Assembly (NCBI GenBank): GCA_964479955.1
Contig: CAYZNK010000001.1
Location: 13,073 to 77,072 of the forward strand
DNA: 64,000 nt
Direction of reading: 5' to 3'
Source: an uncultured Candidatus Saccharibacteria bacterium
Lineage (GTDB): Bacteria; Patescibacteriota; Minisyncoccia; Minisyncoccales; Staskawiczbacteraceae
A model generated the notes under the pieces. It was not told the DNA's origin. It ran no database searches and saw nothing but the letters and a program-made list of their open reading frames with translations. Shown here piece by piece: positions 55,242-64,000 of the stretch (positions within the stretch are counted from its first letter, which is position 1; each line of letters begins with the position of its first letter). The position numbers were made by a program, and so were the translations under genes.

Positions 55242-56546
55242 GTGTTTAAAAAAAAGAACAAATTATTATTTTTTTTAATGCTGGCATTTTTTCTGGCCAT
55301 TAACGGATCTTCTGTTTTTGCTTTGGAGGTTTCCGATTTTCCCATTATTCCCGGATTAAGAGCCCCAAGTGAAGACAGCCTTCCTTCGTACATTGCTTAT
55401 TTTTTTGGATTAATGGCATACCTGTCAGCAATTATAGCTGTGATTTCTTTGGCCATAGGAGGTATTCAATTGATAATGTCTCCCGCCAACCCATCTCTGG
55501 CAAAAGAGGCAAAAGAAAAGATAAAAAATTCTTTGATTGGAATTATTCTGACCCTATCAGCTGTTGTTATACTGCAGACTATAAACCCAAGTGTTATTGA
55601 AGTCCAAATGACAGAACTGCCGGAAACAGATGGTATTTTTTATACAAACGGCTCTAATTTTAAACCAGCTCCCATATCAGAATTAAACGTATCAAGTATT
55701 TCCAGAGGATATAGAAATATTATTTACAAATGCCAGACAGGCACTCCGATATTAATCTGGAAATATCCTAAAACAAATTTCAGAGGAAGTGATGGACTAT
55801 ATGAAGACATAACTGTTGTCAGAAAAAAATGCGGAGAACAGGAAAGCTTATCGGGCGTTGGCTCGTTTAAAATATCATATGAGAATCCGGGAATTTATTT
55901 TTGTCTTGACGGATGCAATGGAGATATGTGCTCAGGGTTTATGTCACAACCTATTGTTTCTTCAAATGTTCTTTTTGAGCCCTTTAAAAATAATTTGGGC
56001 GGAGTAAGAATTGTAAATGATTTATCTTCAAAATCAAGATATGGGATTATTTTTCATAATAAAGAAGACTCAACGTCGGCCGGAAACTGTTATAATCCGA
56101 TATATACCGAAGAAGAAATTAAATGCTTTGATTCTTTTCCAAATTTTCCATTAGCTTCTGCAACCGTCTTTTATTGGAACTACAGAGATTATCAGACATC
56201 CGGCCAGGGGGTTAATTTATACAGCGAACCATTTGGATGGGGGATAGGCGCCAGGGCAGGAGAAATTTCTTTAAAAAGTCAGACAATAGGCAGTAATTGG
56301 TCTGAGTTTGCTGATAATTTGATGTTTAACTATTCAGGTATTGAAAGACCCATCGGATATAAGCAAATATATGAAAACTTTAAACAACGATCCGGCTCTA
56401 TTGAATTTGAAGGAAATTATATTGTCGTTTTGTGGGTTGGTTCTTCGTGCCAAGTTTTTAAAAAAGATGTTGTAAATCTAAAAACAACAGAGCTTTTAGC
56501 TCCGGGAGCAAAAATAGAAAGGATTTATATCGCTCCGACAAATTAA
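55242..56546 (+). CDS. pilin-headed secreted protein, paralog B
   Basis: 434 aa with a GTG start. Same architecture as paralog A (ALEVSDFP, ILQTINPSVIE, GIYFCLDGC). Shares near-identical nucleotide tracts with paralog A. Confidence 0.7.
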   Translation: MFKKKNKLLFFLMLAFFLAINGSSVFALEVSDFPIIPGLRAPSEDSLPSYIAYFFGLMAYLSAIIAVISLAIGGIQLIMSPANPSLAKEAKEKIKNSLIGIILTLSAVVILQTINPSVIEVQMTELPETDGIFYTNGSNFKPAPISELNVSSISRGYRNIIYKCQTGTPILIWKYPKTNFRGSDGLYEDITVVRKKCGEQESLSGVGSFKISYENPGIYFCLDGCNGDMCSGFMSQPIVSSNVLFEPFKNNLGGVRIVNDLSSKSRYGIIFHNKEDSTSAGNCYNPIYTEEEIKCFDSFPNFPLASATVFYWNYRDYQTSGQGVNLYSEPFGWGIGARAGEISLKSQTIGSNWSEFADNLMFNYSGIERPIGYKQIYENFKQRSGSIEFEGNYIVVLWVGSSCQVFKKDVVNLKTTELLAPGAKIERIYIAPTN

Positions 56547-56547
56547 A

Positions 56548-57729
56548 ATGTTTAATAACTATCTAAAATTTAATTTAAAAATTTTTGGTTTTCTGGCAAT
56601 TCTCTGTCTGCTGACTTTAGTTCCTTCTGCTAAAATTTTTTCTGATTTTGAACTGGAAATTGAATATCCGCAGACAATAACAGGGTCTACCATAACCGGA
56701 GGGTCTGATTTATCCCAATATTTGAAATATGTTTTTGACGCCGGACTTTCAATTGGATTTACCCTGGTTTTTTTAACCCTCGTAATATCCGGTATCTTTT
56801 ATTTTGTTGCCCCTGCAAGCCCAGGCGCAATGGCTGCAGCAAAAGAAAGATTTTTTGGCGCAATCTCCGGACTTCTTATTTTATTGCTTACTTATCTTAT
56901 AATTACAACCATAAACCCCTATTTATCTATTTTTAAAACCAGCCCATTAGAAAAAGTAGAAGTTCAAATATCCGAATCAACAAGACCAGGAGTTCTTTTT
57001 TATAACTCAAAAGACTGTTCCGAAAAAAATACCATATATAATAAAAGTGTTCCCGATTTAGACGATCTAAAAAATAAAGTTAACTCAGTTAAAATTTTAC
57101 AAGATTCAATAAACAGTGTCTACTATATTTCAATTTTGTACGATAATATAAATTATTGGGGGGCTTGCCAGTATATAAATCCTAACACCGGGTGCCAAGA
57201 AGTTAAAATCTCCGCGTCCTCTGCCTCTATTTACGAATATGATTTTAACCCAGATGGGGATGGAGTATATATATATAGAAAATCACATAATTCTGTACCG
57301 GGCAAAGAAGAGAATAAGAGTGGAGGATATTTAAAAATAAAAAATTCGGAGATAAAAACATCTGCCGGAAAATCATTATATTTTAGAAGGCTAAGCGACT
57401 TAACGTTTATTGGCAGTGGGGGAGAATGCACTGTCCCCAAGGATGAAATGGATTGTGCTTTTTGGAAAGATTCGGGGTTATGCGAAAGATATAAATGTCC
57501 ATCGCTTAACGAAAAAAATATTTCTTCCATAAGTATAAATGGAGACTATTTGATTATATTAATGCACAGAGCCGACAATGACACGGGCCTGCTTTCAACT
57601 TATTGCCAGGCGTTCCCGACAGAAAACGATTATAATAAAATAGGGCCCCAACAAATAAAATGGGACCCCATAAACAGTTCTGGGTATGAACCAACCCATA
57701 TATTGATTATACCCATAAAACAAAAATAG
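56548..57729 (+). CDS. pilin-headed secreted protein, paralog C (more divergent)
   Basis: 393 aa with FELEIEYP, a TM pair ending TINPYLS, and a C-terminal GDYLIILMH...ILIIPIKQK tail like paralogs A and B. Confidence 0.65.
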   Translation: MFNNYLKFNLKIFGFLAILCLLTLVPSAKIFSDFELEIEYPQTITGSTITGGSDLSQYLKYVFDAGLSIGFTLVFLTLVISGIFYFVAPASPGAMAAAKERFFGAISGLLILLLTYLIITTINPYLSIFKTSPLEKVEVQISESTRPGVLFYNSKDCSEKNTIYNKSVPDLDDLKNKVNSVKILQDSINSVYYISILYDNINYWGACQYINPNTGCQEVKISASSASIYEYDFNPDGDGVYIYRKSHNSVPGKEENKSGGYLKIKNSEIKTSAGKSLYFRRLSDLTFIGSGGECTVPKDEMDCAFWKDSGLCERYKCPSLNEKNISSISINGDYLIILMHRADNDTGLLSTYCQAFPTENDYNKIGPQQIKWDPINSSGYEPTHILIIPIKQK

Positions 57730-57800
57730 CCCCGTGATAAAAGGCTATTTTTGTTATTATTTCTTGCCTGGATACCGCAAGACAATAAACCTATAGGTTT

Positions 57801-58286
57801 CTATTTTGGCTTTATTATTATCCTCCTCTCTAAGCCATCTCCAAAACTTTCCGCGATAACGTCATTTCTTTTTGATATTTCAGTATGAATTATTTTTCTT
57901 TCATATGAAGACATTGGAAGGAGAACCTTCTCTTTTTTGTTTACAGAGACTTCATCTGCCACCGATCTTGTAAAATCTCTTAAATAATCCTCTTTTTTCT
58001 TTTTATAATTATTTATATCTAAATTTAAATAAAAAATCTTTTTGATTCTTTTGTTTAAAATAATTTTTAACAGTTTTTGAATTTCAAAAAGAGTTTGGCC
58101 CTTTTCTCCTATTAAAATTTGCGGGTCGGATATCTCTATGTTTAAATCAACCACTTCACAAAAATCTTTTGTGCCATCAGTTTTTTCTTTTATTGATGTT
58201 TCTATTTTAAGGATCGGGGTTGTGGTTTTTTTAAAAAATTTTGTTGCCTCTTTTTCTATTTCAAGGATATCATTATTGTCTAACAT
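57801..58286 (-). CDS. jag: Jag/SpoIIIJ-associated RNA-binding protein (KH + R3H)
   Basis: C-terminal R3H motif (YERKIIHTEISKRNDVIAESFGDGLERRIIIKP). Sits downstream of yidC. Confidence 0.8.
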   Translation of the reverse strand: MLDNNDILEIEKEATKFFKKTTTPILKIETSIKEKTDGTKDFCEVVDLNIEISDPQILIGEKGQTLFEIQKLLKIILNKRIKKIFYLNLDINNYKKKKEDYLRDFTRSVADEVSVNKKEKVLLPMSSYERKIIHTEISKRNDVIAESFGDGLERRIIIKPK

Positions 58287-58300
58287 TTTTATTCTCTTTT

Positions 58301-59017
58301 TTAATTAAGTTTGTTAATCTTTTTTAAAATAAAATGCTGTTGAGTCGCAGAAAACAACCCACTTACAGTCCAATACAAACCCAGAGCAGAAGGCAAGTTT
58401 AGAAGTATTATTATTGTAAATATTGGAAGAAAGTAGGTTGTTTGAAACTGAATTGCTTTTGTTATGTCCCCGCCTGCTTCTGAAAGATTTTTTTTTGTTT
58501 TGGTTTTTGGCAAAAGCATTTTTGTTTGTAAATATTGTACAGCCCCGGCAATTAACGCAAAAAGCATGTTTGGTTTTGATAGATCTATAATGTTTAAAAA
58601 TAAAAAGTTTATGCTAATTGGATTTGAGACAAACGAATACAAATTTACAAGTTCACTTGATTTCAGGCCGTTGTTAAAAACCATATAAAGAGCAAGCAAT
58701 ATCGGAATTTGTAAAAAGGCCAAAAATATTCCGCTAAAAGGATTAATTTTCTGCGTTTTATAAATTTTTAAGATTTCATTTGCTTGCTTTTCTTTATCGT
58801 CTTTATGTTTTTCCTGGATTTCTTTTAATTTGGGTTGAAGATCTTGAAGGCTTTTTTGGGACTTTACCGATTTTACCGACAAAGGTATAAGGATAGTTTT
58901 TATGATTATTGTTAAAACAATAACAGCCACCCCAAAATCATTCCCTGGAATATAGTTATATATCAATATAAGGGAGTTAAACAGCGGTTTATACAAAACG
59001 ACATTAAAAATATCCAT
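58301..59017 (-). CDS. yidC: membrane protein insertase YidC (short form)
   Basis: 238 aa. PLSVKSVKSQKSLQDLQPKLKEIQEKHKDDKEK...YKTQKINPFSG and the 5-TM layout. Confidence 0.9.
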   Translation of the reverse strand: MDIFNVVLYKPLFNSLILIYNYIPGNDFGVAVIVLTIIIKTILIPLSVKSVKSQKSLQDLQPKLKEIQEKHKDDKEKQANEILKIYKTQKINPFSGIFLAFLQIPILLALYMVFNNGLKSSELVNLYSFVSNPISINFLFLNIIDLSKPNMLFALIAGAVQYLQTKMLLPKTKTKKNLSEAGGDITKAIQFQTTYFLPIFTIIILLNLPSALGLYWTVSGLFSATQQHFILKKINKLN

Positions 59018-59023
59018 AAAAGA

Positions 59024-59362
59024 TTATCTGTTTTTTATTATTTTATTTAACAAGACACTAACTTCTTCTTTGATTTCCAGAAAATTTTTTAGTTTTGCTT
59101 GGGGTAAAACAATAAAAACGACATCTGTTCCCGCAAGCATTTCTCTATATTCTTTTGTTGCCTCAGACAATCTTCTTCTTATTTTATTTCTGTCAACGGC
59201 TTTTAGGGAAACTTTTTTGCTAACAATAAACGCAAATCTGCCTATGTTTTCATCATTTTTTAAAAACCTAAGGATTAAAAAATTTCCCATAGCTACTTTT
59301 CCTTTTTTAAAAATATTGTCAAAATCCTTCTTTTTGCTTATTTTAATGTTTTGTTTTGCCAT
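59024..59362 (-). CDS. rnpA: ribonuclease P protein component
   Basis: 112 aa with FAFIVSKKVSLKAVDRNKIRRRL. Lies between rpmH and yidC. Confidence 0.88.
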   Translation of the reverse strand: MAKQNIKISKKKDFDNIFKKGKVAMGNFLILRFLKNDENIGRFAFIVSKKVSLKAVDRNKIRRRLSEATKEYREMLAGTDVVFIVLPQAKLKNFLEIKEEVSVLLNKIIKNR

Positions 59363-59497
59363 TTATAAGGCGATTTTTTTACGTCCTTTTCTTCTCCTTT
59401 TCTGCAAAACCTGCCTGCCCGTTTTTGAAACAGACCTTTTTAAAAATCCATGGGTTCTGGCTCTCTTTTTTTTCTTTGGTTTATATGTAAAACTCAT
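59363..59497 (-). CDS. rpmH: 50S ribosomal protein L34
   Basis: Not in the track (44 aa). Sequence [44 protein letters not shown]. Its stop abuts the rnpA start. Confidence 0.9.
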   Translation of the reverse strand: MSFTYKPKKKKRARTHGFLKRSVSKTGRQVLQKRRRKGRKKIAL

Positions 59498-59790
59498 ATT
59501 ATTAATCTTAATTTTAGGTTAATATAATGTGTTTATTATATTCTAAAAATTGATTTTGGTCAAATAAAAATTTGCAGCAATATGCCCACCAATAATGTTA
59601 ATAAAAAATAAAATTTTACCGGTTTTTAAAATATAATAATTAAAAGACTTTTAATGTTAATATTGTGCGTCTGTGTTAAAATAAACATCACAGGTTATCC
59701 ACATGTTAATAACATGTCCGTTTAATTTAGTTTTGTTTGACATTTGTTAATAAAAAGAGAAAAATAGAATATACTTTAAATAAAAAAAAT
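59498..59790. other. oriC-associated intergenic region upstream of dnaA
   Basis: AT-rich rpmH-dnaA spacer with a perfect DnaA box TTATCCACA at 59695-59703, overlapping an 8-1-8 palindrome acatgttaataacatgt (59701-59717). Confidence 0.7.
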
Positions 59791-61146
59791 ATGAATAATT
59801 CAGAGCTTTGGCAATCCGTTTTAGCCCAAATGCAATTTAATATTTCTAAGGCTAATTTTTCCACCTGGTTTCAAAACACAGAAATTATTTCCAGAGAGAA
59901 TGGAAAAGTTGTTATTTCTGTACCAAATGCTTTTTCAAAGGAATGGTTAAGCAATAAATATAATAAGTTAATTTTAAAAATACTCCATACCACAGATGAA
60001 TCTATAAAGGATATTGATTTTGTGATTAAAATACAACCTCAAAAAAGCGCAAACAAAAAAAGCTTTTTAAATTTAGAAAAATCAGATGATTCTCAATTGA
60101 AATTTGATGAATTCAAAATTAATAAAGATACAAACTTAAACCCAAGGTATACTTTTGATAATTTTGTTGTGGGTTCTTTTAACGAGTTGGCGCACGCTGC
60201 CGCCCTAGCTGTCACAGATAACCCTGGTTTTAGCTATAATCCCTTGTTTATATATGGAGGAACCGGGCTTGGAAAAACCCATCTAATTGAAGCGATTGGA
60301 AACAAAATAAGCGAAGATTCAAAAAATAAAAAAGTAAAATATATCTCATCTGAAAAATTTGTGGCGGGGATTGTTTCTGCTATAAGGGCTAATAATATGG
60401 AATCTTTTAAGGCTGTCTTAGCTCCAATTGATGTTTTAATTCTGGATGATATTCAATTTATTGCCGGAAAGAATAAAAGTCAGGAAGAATTTTTCCATAT
60501 TTTTAACTCTTTGTATGAAAAAAACAAACAAATAATTCTTTCTTCCGACAGGCCACCGAACGCAATACCAGAACTAGAAGACAGACTGAGGTCAAGATTT
60601 GAAGGGGGAATGATAGCTGATGTAAGTCTACCTGATTATGAAACCAGGCTGGTTATTTTGAAAACAAAAGTACAAGAAAAAGAAGTTGATATTCCTGAAA
60701 AAATTTTAGAATATATAGCGGAAAATGTAAAAAAAAATATAAGAGAGTTAGAGGGGGCATTAAATAAGGTTTTAGCTTGTCAAAAACTAGGCCAATCTTT
60801 AAATATAGACAATATTAAAAAATCATTAAATGGGTTTATTTTTTCTCCATTTGATGTAGCTAATTATAAAAAAATAATAGAAACGGTGGCTAAATTCTAT
60901 AATTTGGAAGAAAAAAATCTTTTTGACCCAACAAGAAAAAAAGAAATAGTTAAGCCAAGACAAATTGCTATGTTTTTGTTAAGAAAAGAATTGAAATATT
61001 CTTTTCCCGCAATCGCAAGAAAGTTTGGGGGCAAAGACCACACAACAGCAATATATGCATATAAAAAAATACTTCAAGAAAACGAAGAAAATAATAAACT
61101 TACCGAGGAATTAAATTTAATAAAACAGAGGATATATAGTGGATAA
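59791..61146 (+). CDS. dnaA: chromosomal replication initiator protein DnaA
   Basis: Start at the ATG giving MNNSELWQSVLAQMQ. Walker A GGTGLGKTHL, box VII, and a C-terminal DNA-binding domain (RQIAMFLLRKELKYSFPAIARKFGGKDHTTAIYAYKK). Confidence 0.93.
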   Translation: MNNSELWQSVLAQMQFNISKANFSTWFQNTEIISRENGKVVISVPNAFSKEWLSNKYNKLILKILHTTDESIKDIDFVIKIQPQKSANKKSFLNLEKSDDSQLKFDEFKINKDTNLNPRYTFDNFVVGSFNELAHAAALAVTDNPGFSYNPLFIYGGTGLGKTHLIEAIGNKISEDSKNKKVKYISSEKFVAGIVSAIRANNMESFKAVLAPIDVLILDDIQFIAGKNKSQEEFFHIFNSLYEKNKQIILSSDRPPNAIPELEDRLRSRFEGGMIADVSLPDYETRLVILKTKVQEKEVDIPEKILEYIAENVKKNIRELEGALNKVLACQKLGQSLNIDNIKKSLNGFIFSPFDVANYKKIIETVAKFYNLEEKNLFDPTRKKEIVKPRQIAMFLLRKELKYSFPAIARKFGGKDHTTAIYAYKKILQENEENNKLTEELNLIKQRIYSG

Positions 61147-61369
61147 GTATATTAAATAATTTACAAAAAAAAGGTAATAATTTTTACTCCCCCAAAAACC
61201 ACACAATTTTATACTTATTATATATATTATTTTTCCACAGCATTTTCACAAAAAAAATAAATACAAACAAAAACATTCTACCCTTATTTTTACTAAAAAA
61301 ACTAGAGAAATTCTAATAATAATAACAATAATTAATAAAATAAATTATTTAATATTCTAACTATAAAAT
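61147..61369. other. dnaA-dnaN intergenic region, second oriC candidate (DnaA-box-like sites plus a very AT-rich tract)
   Basis: TTTTCCACA at 61231-61239 (one mismatch to consensus), aaaaCCACA at 61195-61203, and a nearly pure A/T tract at 61260-61360. Confidence 0.5.
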
Positions 61370-62494
61370 ATGAAGATTGAAATTTTAAGAGATAATTTAA
61401 AAAATGGATTATCTGTTGCAGAAAAAGTTGTAGGGAAGAATTTGTCTCTACCAATTTTAGATAATGTTTTAATAAAAACAGAGGACAATTTTTTAAATTT
61501 AAACTCAACAAACCTTGAAACAGCTATAAAGATTTGGATTTTGGCAAAAATTATTAGAAGTGGGAAAATAGTTGTCCCTGCAAAATTTTTATCTAATTTT
61601 GTATCTTCTCTGCCAGAAGAAAAAATATCCATAGAAGGAAAAGATAATTCTCTTTATATCGAGTGCAAGAATTATAAAACTAGTATCCAGGGTTTTAATC
61701 CAGAAGAATTTCCATTGATCCCAGAATTTAAGGACTTAGAGTATATAGAGGTCGATAATAAAACGTTTTGCCAAGGATTATCTCAAGTTGTCGATATTGC
61801 TTTTCCATCCCAATCAAGGCCTGAAATATCCGGTATTTATTTTAGTTTTTCTAAAAATATAGTAAAAATTGTTGCCACAGACAGCTTTAGACTTGCCGAA
61901 AAAAGCATATCATTAGGAGGTTCCGTAAAAAAAGACATATCTTTTATATTACCCCAAAAACCAGCTAAAGAGGTTTTAAATATTTTAGAAGACAAAGAAG
62001 GAAAAACAAAAATATATATACTGCCAAACCAAGTGATGTTTGAATTTCCTATGGAAGAATTTCAACATCCCCAAGTTCAAATTATTTCAAGATTAATAGA
62101 AGGAGAGTATCCAAACTATCAAGAAATAATTCCAAACGATTTTAAAACAAAAGTTTTAATTAAAAGAGATGATTTTTTAGACCAGATTAAAACAGCCGCT
62201 CTTTTTTCTGGAAAATTAAATGAAGTCAAAATAAAAATAAATCCAAAAGAAAAGGATATTCAAATATTTTCTCAAGACCCAGATATCGGACAAAATCAAT
62301 CAAGCCTTTCGGCAAAAACGGAAGGAGGGGTAATGGAAATATCATTCAATCATAAATTCTTAACAGATGGATTGTTAAAAATGAAAAGTTCAGAAGTTCT
62401 ACTGGGAATAAGCAAAGAAGAAGGAGCGTGTGTTCTAAAACCGGTAGGAGATGCAAATTATATATACGTTGTTATGCCAATAAAATCAAACTAA
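61370..62494 (+). CDS. dnaN: DNA polymerase III beta sliding clamp
   Basis: 374 aa with the typical start MKIEILRDNLKNGLSVAEKVV..NLSLPILDNVLI. Follows dnaA. Confidence 0.92.
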   Translation: MKIEILRDNLKNGLSVAEKVVGKNLSLPILDNVLIKTEDNFLNLNSTNLETAIKIWILAKIIRSGKIVVPAKFLSNFVSSLPEEKISIEGKDNSLYIECKNYKTSIQGFNPEEFPLIPEFKDLEYIEVDNKTFCQGLSQVVDIAFPSQSRPEISGIYFSFSKNIVKIVATDSFRLAEKSISLGGSVKKDISFILPQKPAKEVLNILEDKEGKTKIYILPNQVMFEFPMEEFQHPQVQIISRLIEGEYPNYQEIIPNDFKTKVLIKRDDFLDQIKTAALFSGKLNEVKIKINPKEKDIQIFSQDPDIGQNQSSLSAKTEGGVMEISFNHKFLTDGLLKMKSSEVLLGISKEEGACVLKPVGDANYIYVVMPIKSN

Positions 62495-62518
62495 ATTTTT
62501 TTAAAAATAATATAAAAA

Positions 62519-62542
62519 GGCGGAGTGAACCTCCGCCTTTTT
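62519..62542. terminator. bidirectional rho-independent terminator between dnaN and the PBP gene
   Basis: ggcggag-tgaac-ctccgcc, flanked by AAAAA and TTTTT. Confidence 0.8.
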
Positions 62543-62559
62543 ATATTTAGTTTTTTTTA

Positions 62560-64000
62560 TTATTTTTTTGAGTTTTGTATCAACCAATTATTTATTCCTA
62601 TTTGCCATAGTGCGTATTGAGGGTTCGTTTCAGGGGCGGCTGGTTGCTGCCCTAATGGGCTGTCTCGGTCTACATAATATAAAATAGTGTTAATATCGTC
62701 TTTTGGAAGCTGTCCCATTAAAACCGGGCTTCTATCTGTAATGGGGTCGGGCTGGGTAAAATTTTCTATGGGATTGGAGGACAACAGTTTTTCCATAATT
62801 TTTCGCCAAATAGGAGCTGCCAGCCCAACGCCCTTATCTTTTGTAGGAGAGTTATCATTATTTCCCACCCACACACCAACAGAGGCAAAGGGGGTATAGC
62901 CCATTGTCCAGCCATCATTATAATTTTGTGTTGTTCCTGTTTTTGCAGCTACTTGATAACCATCAAAATATAGTTCAGAATTATATCCAAAGATAAAAGA
63001 CCTTGCATTATTGTCGGATAAAATATTGTTAATTTGTCTTGAAACTTGAGTATCTAAAACTTTTCTGGCCTGTTTTTTATTTTCTTCTATAATGTTTCCG
63101 TTTACGTCCTCTATTTTTAATATTGCGACCGGAGTAGAATAATTCCCCTCTGCGGCAAAAATCCCATAAGCAGATGTCATTTCTAATAAATTAACTTCTC
63201 CTCCTCCTAAAACTAAAGATAGTCCATAAGAGCCAGTGTTATTTAAGGTTGTAATTCCCATTTCTTTAGCTGTTTTTATACTGTCTTCTATGCCTGCTAA
63301 ATAAAGAAGTTTTACAGAGGGGACGTTTAAAGAACCAGCTAAAGAATTGCGCAGGGTTACTTGACCCCTGTAAGTTCCGTCATAATTTTGCGGGTGATAA
63401 CAAATAGTTTTTTCATCCTCTCCAGAAGGGTTGCAGGCGGGGTTAAATTCCGTTTTTACATCCCATAAAATCGTGTCCGGAGTGTATCCTTTTGCAAAAG
63501 CAGTGGCATAAACAAAAGGTTTGAATGCAGACCCAGGTTGCCTTTCGCCCATTGTAGCTACGTCATATTTTGGCTCAAAAAGACACTTCTGGTTAGGGTC
63601 CTCGTCACACCCTTCGGGATAAGACTGGCTGTTCCAATTTTTTGACCCAAGCAAAGATAAAATTTCGCCATTTTTAGGATTAATTACAACAGCAGCAGTA
63701 TTATAAGCGCCTTTCTGAATATTTATCTGGTCGGCATCTTTAACTACGCCCTCAACGTATTCTTGAATATTCCAATCCAGCGTTGTATAAACCCTTAATC
63801 CTCTTTCTTTCAAATAATCTTCTCCATATTTATTCTCCAGATATTTTTTAACATATAAAACAAAATCAGCGGCTTTTATGGGGATTGTTGATTCAGCTAA
63901 ATCTATTTTTTCTTCTTTTACTATTTCTGCCTGCTCTATTGTAATATATCCGACTTTTGCCATCCTATCTATAACGTAGTCTTTTCTTGCCAATAGCAAA
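62560..64000 (-). CDS. penicillin-binding protein 1A family, C-terminal (transpeptidase) part; N-terminus beyond the window
   Basis: Transpeptidase motifs: RQPGSAFKP (SxxK), SLNVP (SxN) and KTGTT. The reading frame is open to the right edge. Confidence 0.85.
   Translation of the reverse strand, partial: LLLARKDYVIDRMAKVGYITIEQAEIVKEEKIDLAESTIPIKAADFVLYVKKYLENKYGEDYLKERGLRVYTTLDWNIQEYVEGVVKDADQINIQKGAYNTAAVVINPKNGEILSLLGSKNWNSQSYPEGCDEDPNQKCLFEPKYDVATMGERQPGSAFKPFVYATAFAKGYTPDTILWDVKTEFNPACNPSGEDEKTICYHPQNYDGTYRGQVTLRNSLAGSLNVPSVKLLYLAGIEDSIKTAKEMGITTLNNTGSYGLSLVLGGGEVNLLEMTSAYGIFAAEGNYSTPVAILKIEDVNGNIIEENKKQARKVLDTQVSRQINNILSDNNARSFIFGYNSELYFDGYQVAAKTGTTQNYNDGWTMGYTPFASVGVWVGNNDNSPTKDKGVGLAAPIWRKIMEKLLSSNPIENFTQPDPITDRSPVLMGQLPKDDINTILYYVDRDSPLGQQPAAPETNPQYALWQIGINNWLIQNSKK

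Noticed and set aside
1-64000. Alternative genetic code (UGA recoding, as in some CPR lineages)
   Set aside because: Long conserved genes (pnp, hppA, dnaA, virB4) are intact under the standard code. At least the DksA-like gene and the DGR target terminate at TGA where homologs end, so nothing suggests code 25 or 4.
1-64000. CRISPR arrays, rRNA operons, transposases or integrases, prophage structural genes
   Set aside because: I found no regularly spaced direct repeats, no rRNA-like conserved stretches and no DDE or tyrosine/serine recombinase motifs in any ORF. The AT-rich 'aattagaaatt'-like intergenic words look like low-complexity spacer composition, not an array.

Overview
AT-rich (about one-third GC by eye), gene-dense bacterial window containing the chromosomal origin module: jag-yidC-rnpA-rpmH on the minus strand, a perfect DnaA box, then dnaA-dnaN. 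Several traits fit a Candidate Phyla Radiation (Patescibacteria) type genome, which is an inference only. These are many native genes without Shine-Dalgarno sequences, DUF5671- and pseudopilin-like proteins, TrbC/VirB2-like CPR pilins, HNH and four-helix-bundle genes, and scattered single tRNAs. The housekeeping backbone includes rny, clpP, tig, hppA, nusA, cca, rpsO, pnp, rsmA and a partial PBP1A. I call 8 tRNAs; all genes read cleanly in the standard code. Five accessory blocks stand out. (1) 1.16-3.9 kb holds a complete diversity-generating retroelement: RT with the IGxxxSQ motif, an Avd-like four-helix-bundle gene, and a 119-bp TR/VR pair with adenine-specific mismatches. Its GC-rich TR and target gene sit beside an AT-rich RT, and avd is inverted. 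(2) About 28.46-38.69 kb is a visibly GC-richer, SD-bearing mosaic island. It carries an orphan hisI with a YerC-like regulator, a canonical T-box leader in front of a GCS2-type carboxylate-amine ligase plus a gamma-glutamylcyclotransferase, and a candidate RiPP locus. The RiPP locus has a 49-aa precursor ending GCHNDNSGGTHNDN, an HExxH protein, a radical SAM/SPASM enzyme and a GNAT. (3) 41.5-57.7 kb is a T4SS-like surface-appendage cluster with VirB6/TrbL-like, PrgI/VirB3-like and VirB4 genes. It also has four pilin-headed proteins, one of them 1020 aa with about 73 Cys. No coupling protein, VirB11 or relaxase is in the window. (4) This cluster is interrupted by a GC-richer, opposite-strand pair of SPFH-like genes, each with its own duplicated perfect sigma70 consensus promoter. 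(5) Smaller oddities include a 26-nt palindromic element in inverted copies bracketing an ABC exporter and tRNA-Ala, an EamA gene remnant, and an in-frame open frame after the mazG-like stop codon. I saw no CRISPR array, rRNA gene, transposase or integrase.
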